51,914 nt of DNA from Spirochaetia bacterium (GTDB taxonomy: Bacteria > Spirochaetota > Spirochaetia > CADAEX01), in the NCBI GenBank assembly GCA_031548835.1, contig JAVBQS010000124.1:1-51914 (forward strand). Reading direction: 5' to 3'. The position numbers were made by a program, and so were the translations under genes. This document shows positions 1-8,878 of this stretch, one piece after another (within the stretch, counting starts at the first letter, position 1; each line of letters begins with the position of its first letter). The notes beneath the pieces were generated by a model. That model ran no database searches. It was given only the letters and a program-made list of their open reading frames with translations, and was not told where the DNA came from.

Positions 1-233
1 AATCTCTTAAAACAATAGAAGATATGACACAGGAAGTAAGAAACGAATCAGGAGAAATACAGAAGGGAAGCGCTGTAATTCATCAGGAAATTGATAAACT
101 CCAGGCAACATCAAAACAGGTAAATGAAAGTGTGCAGGGAGTAAAACAGGCAAACCAGACAATAGCTGGAGTTCTGCAGGATGCGCAAAAGATAGCAGCC
201 GAGACTTCCAAATTTTCTGCCACTCTTAAATAA
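1..233 (+). CDS. Methyl-accepting chemotaxis protein, C-terminal fragment. The gene begins upstream of the window.
   Basis: The reading frame is open from the window edge. The translated tail ([69 protein letters not shown]) and the DNA from nt 1 are a near copy of nt 2185-2420, the C-terminus of the complete MCP downstream. Confidence 0.8.
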   Translation, partial: SLKTIEDMTQEVRNESGEIQKGSAVIHQEIDKLQATSKQVNESVQGVKQANQTIAGVLQDAQKIAAETSKFSATLK

Positions 234-293
234 TAAAAAGATAATTTATACAGAATTTTATATTTTAGTATAATCTGATTTTTTATAAACAGT

Positions 294-312
294 TCCGGCA
301 TTTTATGCCGGA
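294..312 (+). terminator. Small hairpin downstream of the first MCP gene (possible weak terminator)
   Basis: tccggca / tgccgga form a 7-bp stem with a tttta loop about 60 nt after the stop codon. No clear U-tract follows, so support is weak. Confidence 0.25.
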
Positions 313-638
313 GCTAATAATCTTAACCAATATATTTCAATTATTTCAAATAATTTTTCTCTTTAATGTTTTGACTTTTATTAAAACTATATTTTTTGGT
401 TTTTCTATATATGTGTATTTTGATGTCAACTTATTTATATATTGAGCAAAAAATAATATAAAAATATTTACCACTATTTTGCCATAACTCTGGTTTTGTC
501 TTTCTATTTTAATTATGATTTATTGTAGAGAAGAAAAACAGTAGACTGGAACAAAAATATTTTCTATTGGTATGGTTTAATAAAACTGTTTTTATTTTTA
601 TTGAAATATTTTTATATATAAATTTTCGGAGGTTTAAA

Positions 639-2396
639 ATGAAAAGCCTGAAATCCAGATTTTTCCTCTGTTTTATTGGATTGGGAATAATTGTATCATT
701 TGGCGTTGGAATAATCATGTATAGCCAATATACAAATTATATTAAACATACTATACAAGATACTCTTAAAAAAGTAGCTACAATGATTGATAAGCAATAT
801 CCTGCTGTAGGAGATAGAGATTATTTTGTTAAAGGTGTGAAAAATAATTCAGAAGAGTTATGGAATTTTATAAGAGGAATGAAACAAATTGGTGATATTT
901 TTGAAATAGATTATATTTCTATGATTGAAAAAGGGCCGGATGGATATGATTTTATTTTTGACACCAATTTTCTTAAAGATGGTAATTTTAATTCATTTCT
1001 TACTCCTCTCTTTACTTTTGATGAAGATATTCCAGAAGAGGTAACATCAGCCTATGAAACCAAAGAGGCACAGATTTCTAAAAAACCTTTTAAAGATGAG
1101 TGGGGAACTTATATATCTGCATACCTGCCTGTTATAAGAAATAATAATATTGTCGGCCTTTTGGTATTGGATTGTGAAGTTTCCTTTATGACAAATCTTT
1201 TAAAAAATGCATGGATAGCTCTCTCTATTTCTTTATTCCTTGCTATTGTTCTTGCTTCTTTACTTGCAATTCAGGTTTCCTCATTTCTTCTAAAACCTAT
1301 CAATGAAGTTTTGTATATAACAGGGGCATTGGCTGAAATGAATTTTGAAGTAGGAATAACAACTTTTAGAAAAGACGAAATTGGAAAATTGCAAAAAGCA
1401 TTGATGGTAATACGGGATAATTTTAAAAAAGCAATCAGCGATTTAAATGGGCATCTTGCAAATCTTACCAATCTTGGAAAAACACTTGATACAGCAATGT
1501 CTAAATCGTCCGAAGGCCTTGGAGTTATAACAGAAAATATGGATTCTGTTCAAAATCAGTCAAACCTGCAGCTGGAATCTGTAGAGCAGACATCAGGTTC
1601 TGTGGAAACAATAATACAAAATATTAATTCTCTTAATAAAGCAGTTCAGACCCAGGCAGAAAATATAAGCGAATCATCAGCATCAATAGAACAGATGGTA
1701 GCTAATATTCAGTCTATAAGATCTGTTGTAAATAATGTAAGCAAGATTACTAATAAGCTTATCCATTCATCAGAGCTTGGACAGAAAAAAATGGGACAGC
1801 TTGTAGGCAAATTAAAACAGGTATCCGAACAGTCTAAAACACTTCAGGAAGCAAACAGGACAATATCAAATATTACAAGCCAGACAAATATCCTTGCCAT
1901 GAATGCAGCAATTGAAGCAGCCCATGCAGGAGAAGCAGGCAAGGGATTTGCAGTAGTATCAGGAGAAATACGCAAGCTTGCAGAAATGTCAGATAAAGAA
2001 TCAGTATCTATCTCTGAAGAAATTAAAAAAATGGAAGAGATAATAAAAGAGATGATATCAGTCTCTGATGAGGCATCAAAAACAATTAATACAATGTTTA
2101 CCGAAGTAAATACAATGGGAGCTTCTTTTGATACAGTAAACAATGCAGTGGAAGAGCAGGCGCTGGGAGGAAAACAGATACTTGAATCTCTTAAAACAAT
2201 AGAAGATATGACACAGGAAGTCAGAAATGAATCCGGGGAAATACAGAAGGGAAGCGCTGTGATTTATCAGGAGATAGATAAGCTTAAATCTACTTCAAGG
2301 CAGGTAAATGAAAGTGTGCAGGGAGTAAAGCAGGCAAACCAGACAATAGCAGGAGTTCTGCAGGATGCGCAAAAGATAGCAACAGAAACATCCTAA
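639..2396 (+). CDS. Methyl-accepting chemotaxis protein (TM, periplasmic sensor, TM, HAMP, MA signalling domain)
   Basis: I prefer the ATG at 639, preceded by GGAGG, over the ORF-track start at 567. The protein has the highly conserved MCP hairpin tip motif [35 protein letters not shown]. Two hydrophobic segments flank a sensor region of about 160 aa, and a HAMP-like segment follows the second TM. Confidence 0.93.
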   Translation: MKSLKSRFFLCFIGLGIIVSFGVGIIMYSQYTNYIKHTIQDTLKKVATMIDKQYPAVGDRDYFVKGVKNNSEELWNFIRGMKQIGDIFEIDYISMIEKGPDGYDFIFDTNFLKDGNFNSFLTPLFTFDEDIPEEVTSAYETKEAQISKKPFKDEWGTYISAYLPVIRNNNIVGLLVLDCEVSFMTNLLKNAWIALSISLFLAIVLASLLAIQVSSFLLKPINEVLYITGALAEMNFEVGITTFRKDEIGKLQKALMVIRDNFKKAISDLNGHLANLTNLGKTLDTAMSKSSEGLGVITENMDSVQNQSNLQLESVEQTSGSVETIIQNINSLNKAVQTQAENISESSASIEQMVANIQSIRSVVNNVSKITNKLIHSSELGQKKMGQLVGKLKQVSEQSKTLQEANRTISNITSQTNILAMNAAIEAAHAGEAGKGFAVVSGEIRKLAEMSDKESVSISEEIKKMEEIIKEMISVSDEASKTINTMFTEVNTMGASFDTVNNAVEEQALGGKQILESLKTIEDMTQEVRNESGEIQKGSAVIYQEIDKLKSTSRQVNESVQGVKQANQTIAGVLQDAQKIATETS

Positions 2397-2563
2397 TACA
2401 GGGCTGCTCTTAAATAATAGAAACTGTTTTTCAGCAAGCTGAAACTACAGTTTGATTTAGGTTTGAAAAATATCTGATATTAAGAGTGTTTATTTTTTCA
2501 GCTTAAATAAGCTTATTAATAATTAAAAAATTATATATTGTTATTGTACTTTAAGGCAGGATA

Positions 2564-4105
2564 ATGAATAAAAAATTAAAAGAAAAAATAATGGAAGCTT
2601 TTTCATCAGTATTGCCTATAACTGTAATTGTGCTTCTGTTAAGTGTTTTTATTGTGCCAATACCTGTAGGAACAATTATGATGTTTCTCGCAGGCGCAGC
2701 TCTTTTAATTATAGGAATGGGTTTTTTTACTCTTGGAGCTGATATGGCTATGATGCCTATGGGAGAAGGTTTTGGAGTTCAATTTACAAAGACTGCAAAA
2801 CTCTGGCTTGTTATAGTTGTAAGTTTTATTATGGGTTTTATTACTACTATTGCAGAACCAGACCTTCAGGTATTGGCAAACCAGGTATCTGCAATTCCAA
2901 GAATGGTTTTAATCCTTACCATAGCAGCAGGTGTCGGTGTTCTTCTTGCAATAGCTATAGTACGTATATTATTTAAGATAAAGCTTTCATTACTGTTTCT
3001 TATTTTTTATATTATTATTTTTGCAGTAGCAGCATTTACTCCTTTAAATTTTATACCTTTAGCTTTTGATTCCGGCGGGGTAACAACCGGCCCGATGACT
3101 GTTCCATTTATTCTTGCAATGGGGTTTGGCCTTGCATCTGTGAGGAGCGACAAAAATTCCCGGGGAGATAGCTTCGGCCTTGTTGCTTTAAGCAGCGCCG
3201 GTCCAATTCTTGCTGTTCTTATTCTTGGTATTTTTTTTAAGCCAACTAATGGAAGCTATAAAACTGCAGTGCTTCCTTCTGTTGAAACAACAAGAGATGT
3301 TGTAAAAGAATTTGTAATACAGCTTCCTGTATATTTTAAAGAAATTTCTTTAGCTCTTGCTGCTATTGTTCTGTTTTTTCTTATATTTCAGTTAATAGTA
3401 AGGCGTTTTCAAAAAAGACAGCTTGGACAAATTGCTGTTGGTTTTGTATATACACTTATCGGGCTTGTATTATTTTTAACAGGCGTTAACGTTGGGTTTA
3501 TACCTGTGGGGCACATAATAGGTTTTGAAATTGCAGGATCAGCTTTTAAATGGCTTATGGTGCCGCTTGGAATGCTGATAGGATATTTTATTGTTGCGGC
3601 AGAACCTGCTGTTCATGTGCTAAATAAACAGGTTGAAGATGTAACTGGAGGCGCAATACCGCAAAAAGCAATGAACCGCGGCTTATCCGTAGGCATGGCA
3701 GCAGCGTTAGCTATATCTATGATAAGAATTCTTACAGGAATTCCTGTTATGTGGATACTTCTTCCCGGCTATGCTATAGCTCTTTTTTTAACTTTTTTTG
3801 TTCCAAATATATTTACAAGTATTGCCTTTGATTCCGGCGGTGTGTGCAGCGGCCCCCTAACCTCCACCTTCCTGCTTCCTCTTGCAATAGGGGCCTGCGA
3901 AGGAGTTAACGGAAATGTTTTGACAGATGCTTTTGGGATTGTTGCCATGGTTGCAATGACTCCTCTTATTACAATTCAGATTATGGGACTTTTATATGCA
4001 AGAAAAACCAAAAAAGCTGAAAAACAGATTTCTGAACCGGAACAGATAGATATTAAAGATGCAGACCAGATTATTGAATATGCGGAGGGTGCTTCTAATG
4101 GATAA
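2564..4105 (+). CDS. Polytopic membrane protein with two DUF1538-type halves (internal duplication)
   Basis: The 513-aa protein is very hydrophobic. Motifs recur once per half: AEPDLQVLANQV / AEPAVHVLNKQV and AFDSGGVTTGPMTVPFILAMG / AFDSGGVCSGPLTSTFLLPLA. Assignment to DUF1538 is from memory of that family's FDSGG-type signature. Confidence 0.75.
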   Translation: MNKKLKEKIMEAFSSVLPITVIVLLLSVFIVPIPVGTIMMFLAGAALLIIGMGFFTLGADMAMMPMGEGFGVQFTKTAKLWLVIVVSFIMGFITTIAEPDLQVLANQVSAIPRMVLILTIAAGVGVLLAIAIVRILFKIKLSLLFLIFYIIIFAVAAFTPLNFIPLAFDSGGVTTGPMTVPFILAMGFGLASVRSDKNSRGDSFGLVALSSAGPILAVLILGIFFKPTNGSYKTAVLPSVETTRDVVKEFVIQLPVYFKEISLALAAIVLFFLIFQLIVRRFQKRQLGQIAVGFVYTLIGLVLFLTGVNVGFIPVGHIIGFEIAGSAFKWLMVPLGMLIGYFIVAAEPAVHVLNKQVEDVTGGAIPQKAMNRGLSVGMAAALAISMIRILTGIPVMWILLPGYAIALFLTFFVPNIFTSIAFDSGGVCSGPLTSTFLLPLAIGACEGVNGNVLTDAFGIVAMVAMTPLITIQIMGLLYARKTKKAEKQISEPEQIDIKDADQIIEYAEGASNG

Positions 4106-4802
4106 AAGTATTAAAATGCCTGTATTAAAATTACTGGTTTTTATTGTTGACTGGAATAAATCAAAAATTCTTACAGAAATATTAAAAAAACAATATGTCC
4201 GGTTCCATTTTATATGTAAGGGAAAAGGAACTGCAACTTCGGAAATTCTTAATCTGCTTGGCATAGGAAGCTCAGAAAAAGCAGTAGTTCTTTGTCTTGA
4301 ACCTGATTTTAGAGTACCTGTGATTCTCAAAGAGGTTAGCAAAAAAATGGGGCTTCATAGTCCTGGAACAGGTATTGCATTTACAATAGCTTTGTCAGGA
4401 ATAAACAATCCTGTCTTACAAATTTTAACTCAGGAGCCAAATGACTCAATAATGGAAAAAATAGAAAAGGAATCAGATGAAATGAAAAATAATGCAAAAT
4501 ATGATTTGGTAATAACAGTTCTTAATCAGGGATATAGCGATGAATTAATGGCTAAAGCAAAAGAAGCAGGAGCTACAGGGGGAACTGTTATAAATGCAAG
4601 AAGAATTGCTAATGAAGGAGCAGTAAAATTTTTCGAAATATCTGTGCAGGAAGAAAAAGAGATAATTGCCATACTAACAATAAGAGATAAAAAAACAGCA
4701 ATAATGCAGGCTATAAGCCAATCTTTTGGGCTTGCTTCAAAAGCACAAGGTATTGTTTTTTCCCTTCCTGTTGATAATATAACAGGGCTTGATCTTTCAT
4801 GA
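4098..4802 (+). CDS. Tandem P-II-like (GlnB-fold) signal-transduction protein
   Basis: The ATG at 4098 follows GGAGGG and overlaps the upstream stop by 8 nt. The second half (YDLVITVLNQGYSDELMAKAKEAGATGGTVINARR...EKEIIAILTIRDKKTAIMQAI) resembles P-II family proteins. The first half (LLVFIVDWNKSKILTEILKK...KGKGTATSEILNLLGIGSSEKAVVLCL) is a more degenerate copy. Confidence 0.7.
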   Translation: MDKSIKMPVLKLLVFIVDWNKSKILTEILKKQYVRFHFICKGKGTATSEILNLLGIGSSEKAVVLCLEPDFRVPVILKEVSKKMGLHSPGTGIAFTIALSGINNPVLQILTQEPNDSIMEKIEKESDEMKNNAKYDLVITVLNQGYSDELMAKAKEAGATGGTVINARRIANEGAVKFFEISVQEEKEIIAILTIRDKKTAIMQAISQSFGLASKAQGIVFSLPVDNITGLDLS

Positions 4803-4877
4803 TTTTTAAAAATAGATAATCTTTTAAATAATTAATGTATGAAAAATTAAATGCTATATTATAACCTCCTGCTTTTC

Positions 4878-4906
4878 TTGACAAATAGAGAAGATTCCTA
4901 TATATT
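4878..4906 (+). promoter_or_regulatory. Candidate sigma-70 promoter for tRNA-Ser(UGA)
   Basis: TTGACA (4878-4883), a 17-nt spacer, then TATATT (4901-4906). The -10 element ends about 20 nt upstream of the tRNA 5' end. Confidence 0.45.
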
Positions 4907-4925
4907 TCAAAAACCAATATATATT

Positions 4926-5010
4926 GGAGAGGTGTCCGAGTGGTTTAAGGAGGCGGTCTTGAAAACCGTTGACGTGCGAGCGTCCGTGGGTTCGAATCCC
5001 ACCTTCTCCG
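4926..5010 (+). tRNA. tRNA-Ser (anticodon UGA)
   Basis: I folded the cloverleaf by hand. The acceptor is ggagagg/cttctcc, the T-arm is gtggg-ttcgaat-cccac and the anticodon loop is cttgaaa. A long variable arm is typical of class II tRNA. Confidence 0.9.
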
Positions 5011-5081
5011 TATTTTTTATTAAATCCAATCATAATCTATAACCCGAATATTCCAGTTCTTAATTATATAATTCTGTAAAA

Positions 5082-5906
5082 TTAAATATATGACACGCTA
5101 TATGACTTTTTCTCAGGAACTTTTTTTGCTGTTCCAAGAACAGGGTAGCCTGTCATCTGTGCGCCGCAAATATATTCATCTTTTGTAATTCCAAGATAAT
5201 CCTGCAGCGGCTTATAATTTCTTGCTGCAGTAATAAAATATCCTGCCCAGCACATTCCAATGCCATGCCCATGGGCTGCCAGCTCGAGGTATGTAAGCGC
5301 TGCAACTCCATCCTCCATTTTCCATGCAGAATCCTCAGGCGAAGCTGCTATTATAAGCTGCGGCGCTCCCCTGAAAAAAACTTGTTTGCCTTCTTCATGC
5401 GCAGCTGCAAGGCGTTTCATAAATTCTGCTTCCTGCGGCATAGCTTTTTCATGTTTTTCAGCTTCTTTCTTAAAATATTCTGCAACCAGGCTGCCTGCCT
5501 TATTTAGCTTTTCCCTTTCTCCAATAACAATCCAGCGCAGAACTCTTCTGTTTCCTGCTGTAGGGGCTGTCTCTGCTATTTTAAGAAGAGAAGTAATTTC
5601 TTTTTTTGAAAGCTCTTCGTTTCGGAACATGCGTATACTGCGCCTGCTCAATATTAGCATATCTGCTTGCTCTGGAGATGGAATAAGAGTTTTATCAATT
5701 TTTATTAAATTTGGAACACTTTCCACACTGCATGCTCCGTGTGGACAAAAAGAGACACACTGTCCGCATTTAATACATCTTGAAGCGCTGTTTTTATCAA
5801 TATATGGAAATTGCTCATTATCAAGTTTTATAATTCCAGCAGGGCAAAGCTTTACGCAAATATTATCTTTTTTACAAAGATTTCTATCTAATATAAAAAA
5901 CGGCAT
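5082..5906 (-). CDS. Nitroreductase-family protein with an N-terminal 2x[4Fe-4S] ferredoxin domain
   Basis: Two Cys clusters are present (CKKDNICVKLCP and CIKCGQCVSFCP). They are followed by nitroreductase-like motifs (RRSIRMFR..., TAPTAGNRR, GAPQLII). Confidence 0.8.
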   Translation of the reverse strand: MPFFILDRNLCKKDNICVKLCPAGIIKLDNEQFPYIDKNSASRCIKCGQCVSFCPHGACSVESVPNLIKIDKTLIPSPEQADMLILSRRSIRMFRNEELSKKEITSLLKIAETAPTAGNRRVLRWIVIGEREKLNKAGSLVAEYFKKEAEKHEKAMPQEAEFMKRLAAAHEEGKQVFFRGAPQLIIAASPEDSAWKMEDGVAALTYLELAAHGHGIGMCWAGYFITAARNYKPLQDYLGITKDEYICGAQMTGYPVLGTAKKVPEKKSYSVSYI

Positions 5907-6227
5907 ACAATTCTCCTCTATATTTTAAAAAATAAGATTAAAATAAAACTGTAAAAGATATACTGTTTTTTTAACAATATTGTAAATTATCTTTTGGTAT
6001 GATTTCGTTAGTATTTATTTTCTAAATATAATTTAATAAAAATCCTTTATAAATAAATGAAAAAGATAAAAAATTTTTTATATAATATTTTTAATTTTAT
6101 TTTCCCTACTGGAAAAGATTTATTATTTATTTATGAAATATCTTTTTAAGAGTTAAATAATTTTCCCAATGCAAATATATTTAATAATATTGTTTGTTTA
6201 TCAGAAATCTAATTCAAAACATCTTAC

Positions 6228-6255
6228 TTGACAGATTGTCTGAAAAATATATACT
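6228..6255 (+). promoter_or_regulatory. Candidate sigma-70 promoter for the tRNA / SRP-RNA cluster
   Basis: TTGACA (6228-6233), a 16-nt spacer, then TATACT (6250-6255). It lies about 100 nt upstream of tRNA-Ser(GCU). Confidence 0.35.
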
Positions 6256-6354
6256 ACTTAAAAGCGCAAGAAAGTTAATTTGTGTTACTTTTTGATACAT
6301 TTTAATTTTTTGAGTAATTTGTAGTTATTTTTCCAATAAATAATTCACAAATAT

Positions 6355-6443
6355 GGAGAGGTGCGAGAGTGGCCGAATCGGGCTCCCTGCTAAGGAGTTG
6401 TACCCTCAACGGGGTACCGAGGGTTCGAATCCCTCCCTCTCCG
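6355..6443 (+). tRNA. tRNA-Ser (anticodon GCU)
   Basis: The acceptor is ggagagg/cctctcc, the anticodon loop is ctgctaa and the T-arm is gaggg-ttcgaat-ccctc. It has a long variable arm and is followed by a T8 run. Confidence 0.9.
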
Positions 6444-6472
6444 TTTTTTTTGCATAAATTAAAGCAATGCAG

Positions 6473-6546
6473 GTACCCATAGCTCAGCTGGATAGAGCAT
6501 TAGATTGCGGATCTAAAGGCCGGAGGTTCGAATCCTCTTGGGTACG
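6473..6546 (+). tRNA. tRNA-Arg (anticodon GCG)
   Basis: A 74-nt cloverleaf. The acceptor is gtaccca/tgggtac, the D-arm is gctc-agctggata-gagc, and the anticodon arm is ttaga-ttgcgga-tctaa. Confidence 0.85.
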
Positions 6547-6553
6547 AATATCT

Positions 6554-6640
6554 GGAGAGGTGCGAGAGTGGTTGAATCGGGCGGACTCGAAATCCGTTGA
6601 GCTGGTTTCAGTTCCGAGGGTTCGAATCCCTCCCTCTCCG
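6554..6640 (+). tRNA. tRNA-Ser (anticodon CGA)
   Basis: Its acceptor and T-arm sequences match those of the Ser(GCU) gene. The anticodon loop is ctcgaaa and the variable arm is long. Confidence 0.9.
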
Positions 6641-6656
6641 ATCAGGAAAATTTGTT

Positions 6657-6744
6657 GGAGAGATGTCCGAGAGGCCGAAGGAGTACGCTTGGAAAGCGTA
6701 TGTACCCTAACCGGGTACCTAGGGTTCGAATCCCTATCTCTCCG
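6657..6744 (+). tRNA. tRNA-Ser (anticodon GGA)
   Basis: The acceptor is ggagaga/tctctcc, the anticodon arm is tacgc-ttggaaa-gcgta and the T-arm is taggg-ttcgaat-cccta. The variable arm is long. Confidence 0.9.
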
Positions 6745-6748
6745 TATT

Positions 6749-6860
6749 CCTTCAGTTTGTCAGGCGCTGCGCAACTGTCTGCCGCCCAACCCTGTCAGGA
6801 CCGGGAGGTAGCAGCAGTAAGCGGTTAGCAGTGTGATGCAGAAAGCTTACAAACTGAAGG
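6749..6860 (+). ncRNA. ffs: Signal recognition particle RNA (small, 4.5S-type)
   Basis: The terminal helix ccttcagtttgt...acaaactgaagg closes a rod. The apex is ccctGTCAGGaCCGGgAGGtAGCAGC, which matches the conserved domain IV motif of E. coli 4.5S RNA (GUCAGGUCCGGAAGGAAGCAGC) with a GGGA GNRA tetraloop. A T-run follows. Its position directly upstream of dnaX-ybaB-recR mirrors scr-dnaX-yaaK-recR in Bacillus subtilis. Confidence 0.85.
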
Positions 6861-6973
6861 TTTTATTATTCTTTGACAGATGAATTGCTGAGTACAGTAA
6901 TTTATTAATTATTATGCAATAATCATAGTCAGGGAGTAAGGCATTTAAAAATGTCCGGGATAATATAGTTAAT

Positions 6974-8542
6974 ATGGCATATGAAGTCACAGCATCCAGA
7001 AAACGACCTTCCAATTTTGACCAGCTTACAGGGCAGGATTTTGTAGCAACAAGCCTTCAGAAATCTGTTGCTTCAGGCAGAATTGCACATGCATATCTTT
7101 TTTCAGGGCCAAGAGGCGTTGGAAAAACATCAGCAGCAAGAATACTTGCAAAAGCAATAAATTGTGAAAAATGGCCTTCTGATAATCCATGCGGAGTATG
7201 CGGCAACTGCCTTTCAATCACAAGAGGAAATTCCCTCGATGTTATTGAAATTGACGGAGCATCAAACACATCTGTTAATGATGTAAGAGAAATAAGAGAT
7301 GAAGTTCTTTTTGCTCCAAGCAACAGCAGGTATAAAGTTTATATTATTGATGAAGTTCATATGCTTTCAAATAGCGCTTTTAACGCTCTTTTAAAAACAA
7401 TAGAAGAGCCCCCTCCTTATATTGTTTTTATTTTTGCAACAACAGAAGTTCATAAAGTTCCTGCTACAATAAGATCGAGGTGTCAGCAGTTTAACTTCCG
7501 CCTTATAGGGCTTGAAGAGATAAAAGTAAAGCTTTCAGAAATTTCTGCAGAAAGCAATATTGAAGCTGAAGATGAAGCTTTACTATGGATTGCAAAAGAA
7601 TCAACAGGATCTCTGCGTGATGCTTATACTCTTTATGACCAGATTGTCTCTTTTTCTGATGGAAAAATAACTATCAGCAAGATAAAAGAAAAGCTGGGGC
7701 TTGTAGGCCTTGATGAAATAAATGAACTTGCAGAAAATTTTACAGATGGGAGCAGTCTTGAATCGCTGAGGATAGCCGGCGAAATAATGAAAAAAGGTGT
7801 TTCGCCCGAACAGTTTATTGTAGAACTTTCTGAATATTTCAGAAATATTCTGCTTATAAAAAACGGGGTTAGAAAAGAAGGTATTTTAGGTTCTCCTGTG
7901 GAAAGATTTTCTGCAAAAGTGCTTGAAAAACTTTCTGTTCAGCAAATAGAATATGCGCTTTCGCTGCTTCTCGATCTTTTCAGAAATATACGTTACTCGC
8001 TTAACCAGCAGTTTGAAATAGAACTTGCAATAAGCAGGCTTTCATTTATAACAAAACATCTTTCAGATATTGAGATACTGGACAGCATAAAAAAACTTAA
8101 AGATGAAATCAAAAGAGTTCCTGTTCAGGAAATTCCCGCATCTTCAAACAGCGAAGAAAAAAATAAAAAACAGGAAGAAGAGTCAGGTGATTTTACCTGC
8201 TACAGAGATGAAATAGTTGCAAATTTCAAGAAAACAAATATGATGCTTGCTTCTTCTCTTGCAAAAACAACCTTGTGGGAGAGAAAGGGAAATTCTATAA
8301 TAATATACTGTGCCGACAATTTTTCCCTAGACAGTATAAAAAATGAAATTCCTGCTGTAAAAAAAGAACTTGATTCAATTACAAACAGCAATTACAAAAT
8401 AGAAGTAGTTCTTTCTGCAAAGAAAGAAGAAACAGAAGAAACTATTTTAAATAGCAGCTCCAAAGTAGATCTTGTAAAAAAAGTCTTTAAGGGAGAAATT
8501 ATAGAATCACGGGTAAGAAAGGAACAGGGCAATGAATATTAA
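6974..8542 (+). CDS. dnaX: DNA polymerase III subunit gamma/tau
   Basis: The protein has an AAA+ clamp-loader N-terminus (HAYLFSGPRGVGKTS), a zinc module (CGVCGNC), and the DEVHML and SRCQ(Q)F motifs. Confidence 0.95.
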   Translation: MAYEVTASRKRPSNFDQLTGQDFVATSLQKSVASGRIAHAYLFSGPRGVGKTSAARILAKAINCEKWPSDNPCGVCGNCLSITRGNSLDVIEIDGASNTSVNDVREIRDEVLFAPSNSRYKVYIIDEVHMLSNSAFNALLKTIEEPPPYIVFIFATTEVHKVPATIRSRCQQFNFRLIGLEEIKVKLSEISAESNIEAEDEALLWIAKESTGSLRDAYTLYDQIVSFSDGKITISKIKEKLGLVGLDEINELAENFTDGSSLESLRIAGEIMKKGVSPEQFIVELSEYFRNILLIKNGVRKEGILGSPVERFSAKVLEKLSVQQIEYALSLLLDLFRNIRYSLNQQFEIELAISRLSFITKHLSDIEILDSIKKLKDEIKRVPVQEIPASSNSEEKNKKQEEESGDFTCYRDEIVANFKKTNMMLASSLAKTTLWERKGNSIIIYCADNFSLDSIKNEIPAVKKELDSITNSNYKIEVVLSAKKEETEETILNSSSKVDLVKKVFKGEIIESRVRKEQGNEY

Positions 8543-8864
8543 TCCAATGGAACTGTTAAAAAATTTCCAGGGTATTCAAAATAAAATGGGTGAATTCCAG
8601 TCAAAATTATCTACAATTACTGTCTCAGGATATGCAGGCGGCGATATGGTAAAAGTAGAAATCAATGGCCATATGCAGGTTGTTGATATAAGAATAACAA
8701 AAGAAGCAATTGATCCGAATGATACAGGCATGCTTGAAGAACTTATTAAAGCTGCATTTAATGATGCAGTCCAGCGTATGAAAGATAAGATTAATGAAGA
8801 GGCTTCAGCTCTTACCGGAGGATTAAATATTCCCGGCGGAATGCCTTTTGGTAATTTATTTTAA
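8532..8864 (+). CDS. ybaB: YbaB/EbfC-family nucleoid-associated protein
   Basis: A 110-aa protein that overlaps the dnaX stop. It shows typical YbaB sequence (MGEFQSKL...GGDMVKVEINGHMQVVDIRITKEAIDPND..MLEELIKAAFNDA) and sits in the conserved dnaX-ybaB-recR order. Confidence 0.9.
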   Translation: MNINPMELLKNFQGIQNKMGEFQSKLSTITVSGYAGGDMVKVEINGHMQVVDIRITKEAIDPNDTGMLEELIKAAFNDAVQRMKDKINEEASALTGGLNIPGGMPFGNLF

Positions 8865-8878
8865 ATAAAAGGATTATT

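Noticed and set aside
2540-2566. A shared motif ttgtacttta(a)ggca(a)gga just upstream of the start codons at 2564 and 45794, as a possible common regulatory element
   Set aside because: It has only two occurrences and a 10-nt exact core, and it overlaps the ribosome-binding sites. Chance recurrence in 52 kb of AT-rich DNA cannot be excluded without a genome-wide count.
5260-5928. A 222-aa ORF on the + strand, and an 80-aa ORF at 5265-5507
   Set aside because: Both are fully antisense to the well-supported ferredoxin-nitroreductase gene. Their Ser/Cys/Ala-rich composition shows no motifs. They are shadow ORFs.
6467-6811. A 114-aa ORF spanning the tRNA cluster
   Set aside because: It reads straight through tRNA-Arg, two tRNA-Ser genes and the SRP RNA. 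The RNA genes explain the sequence.
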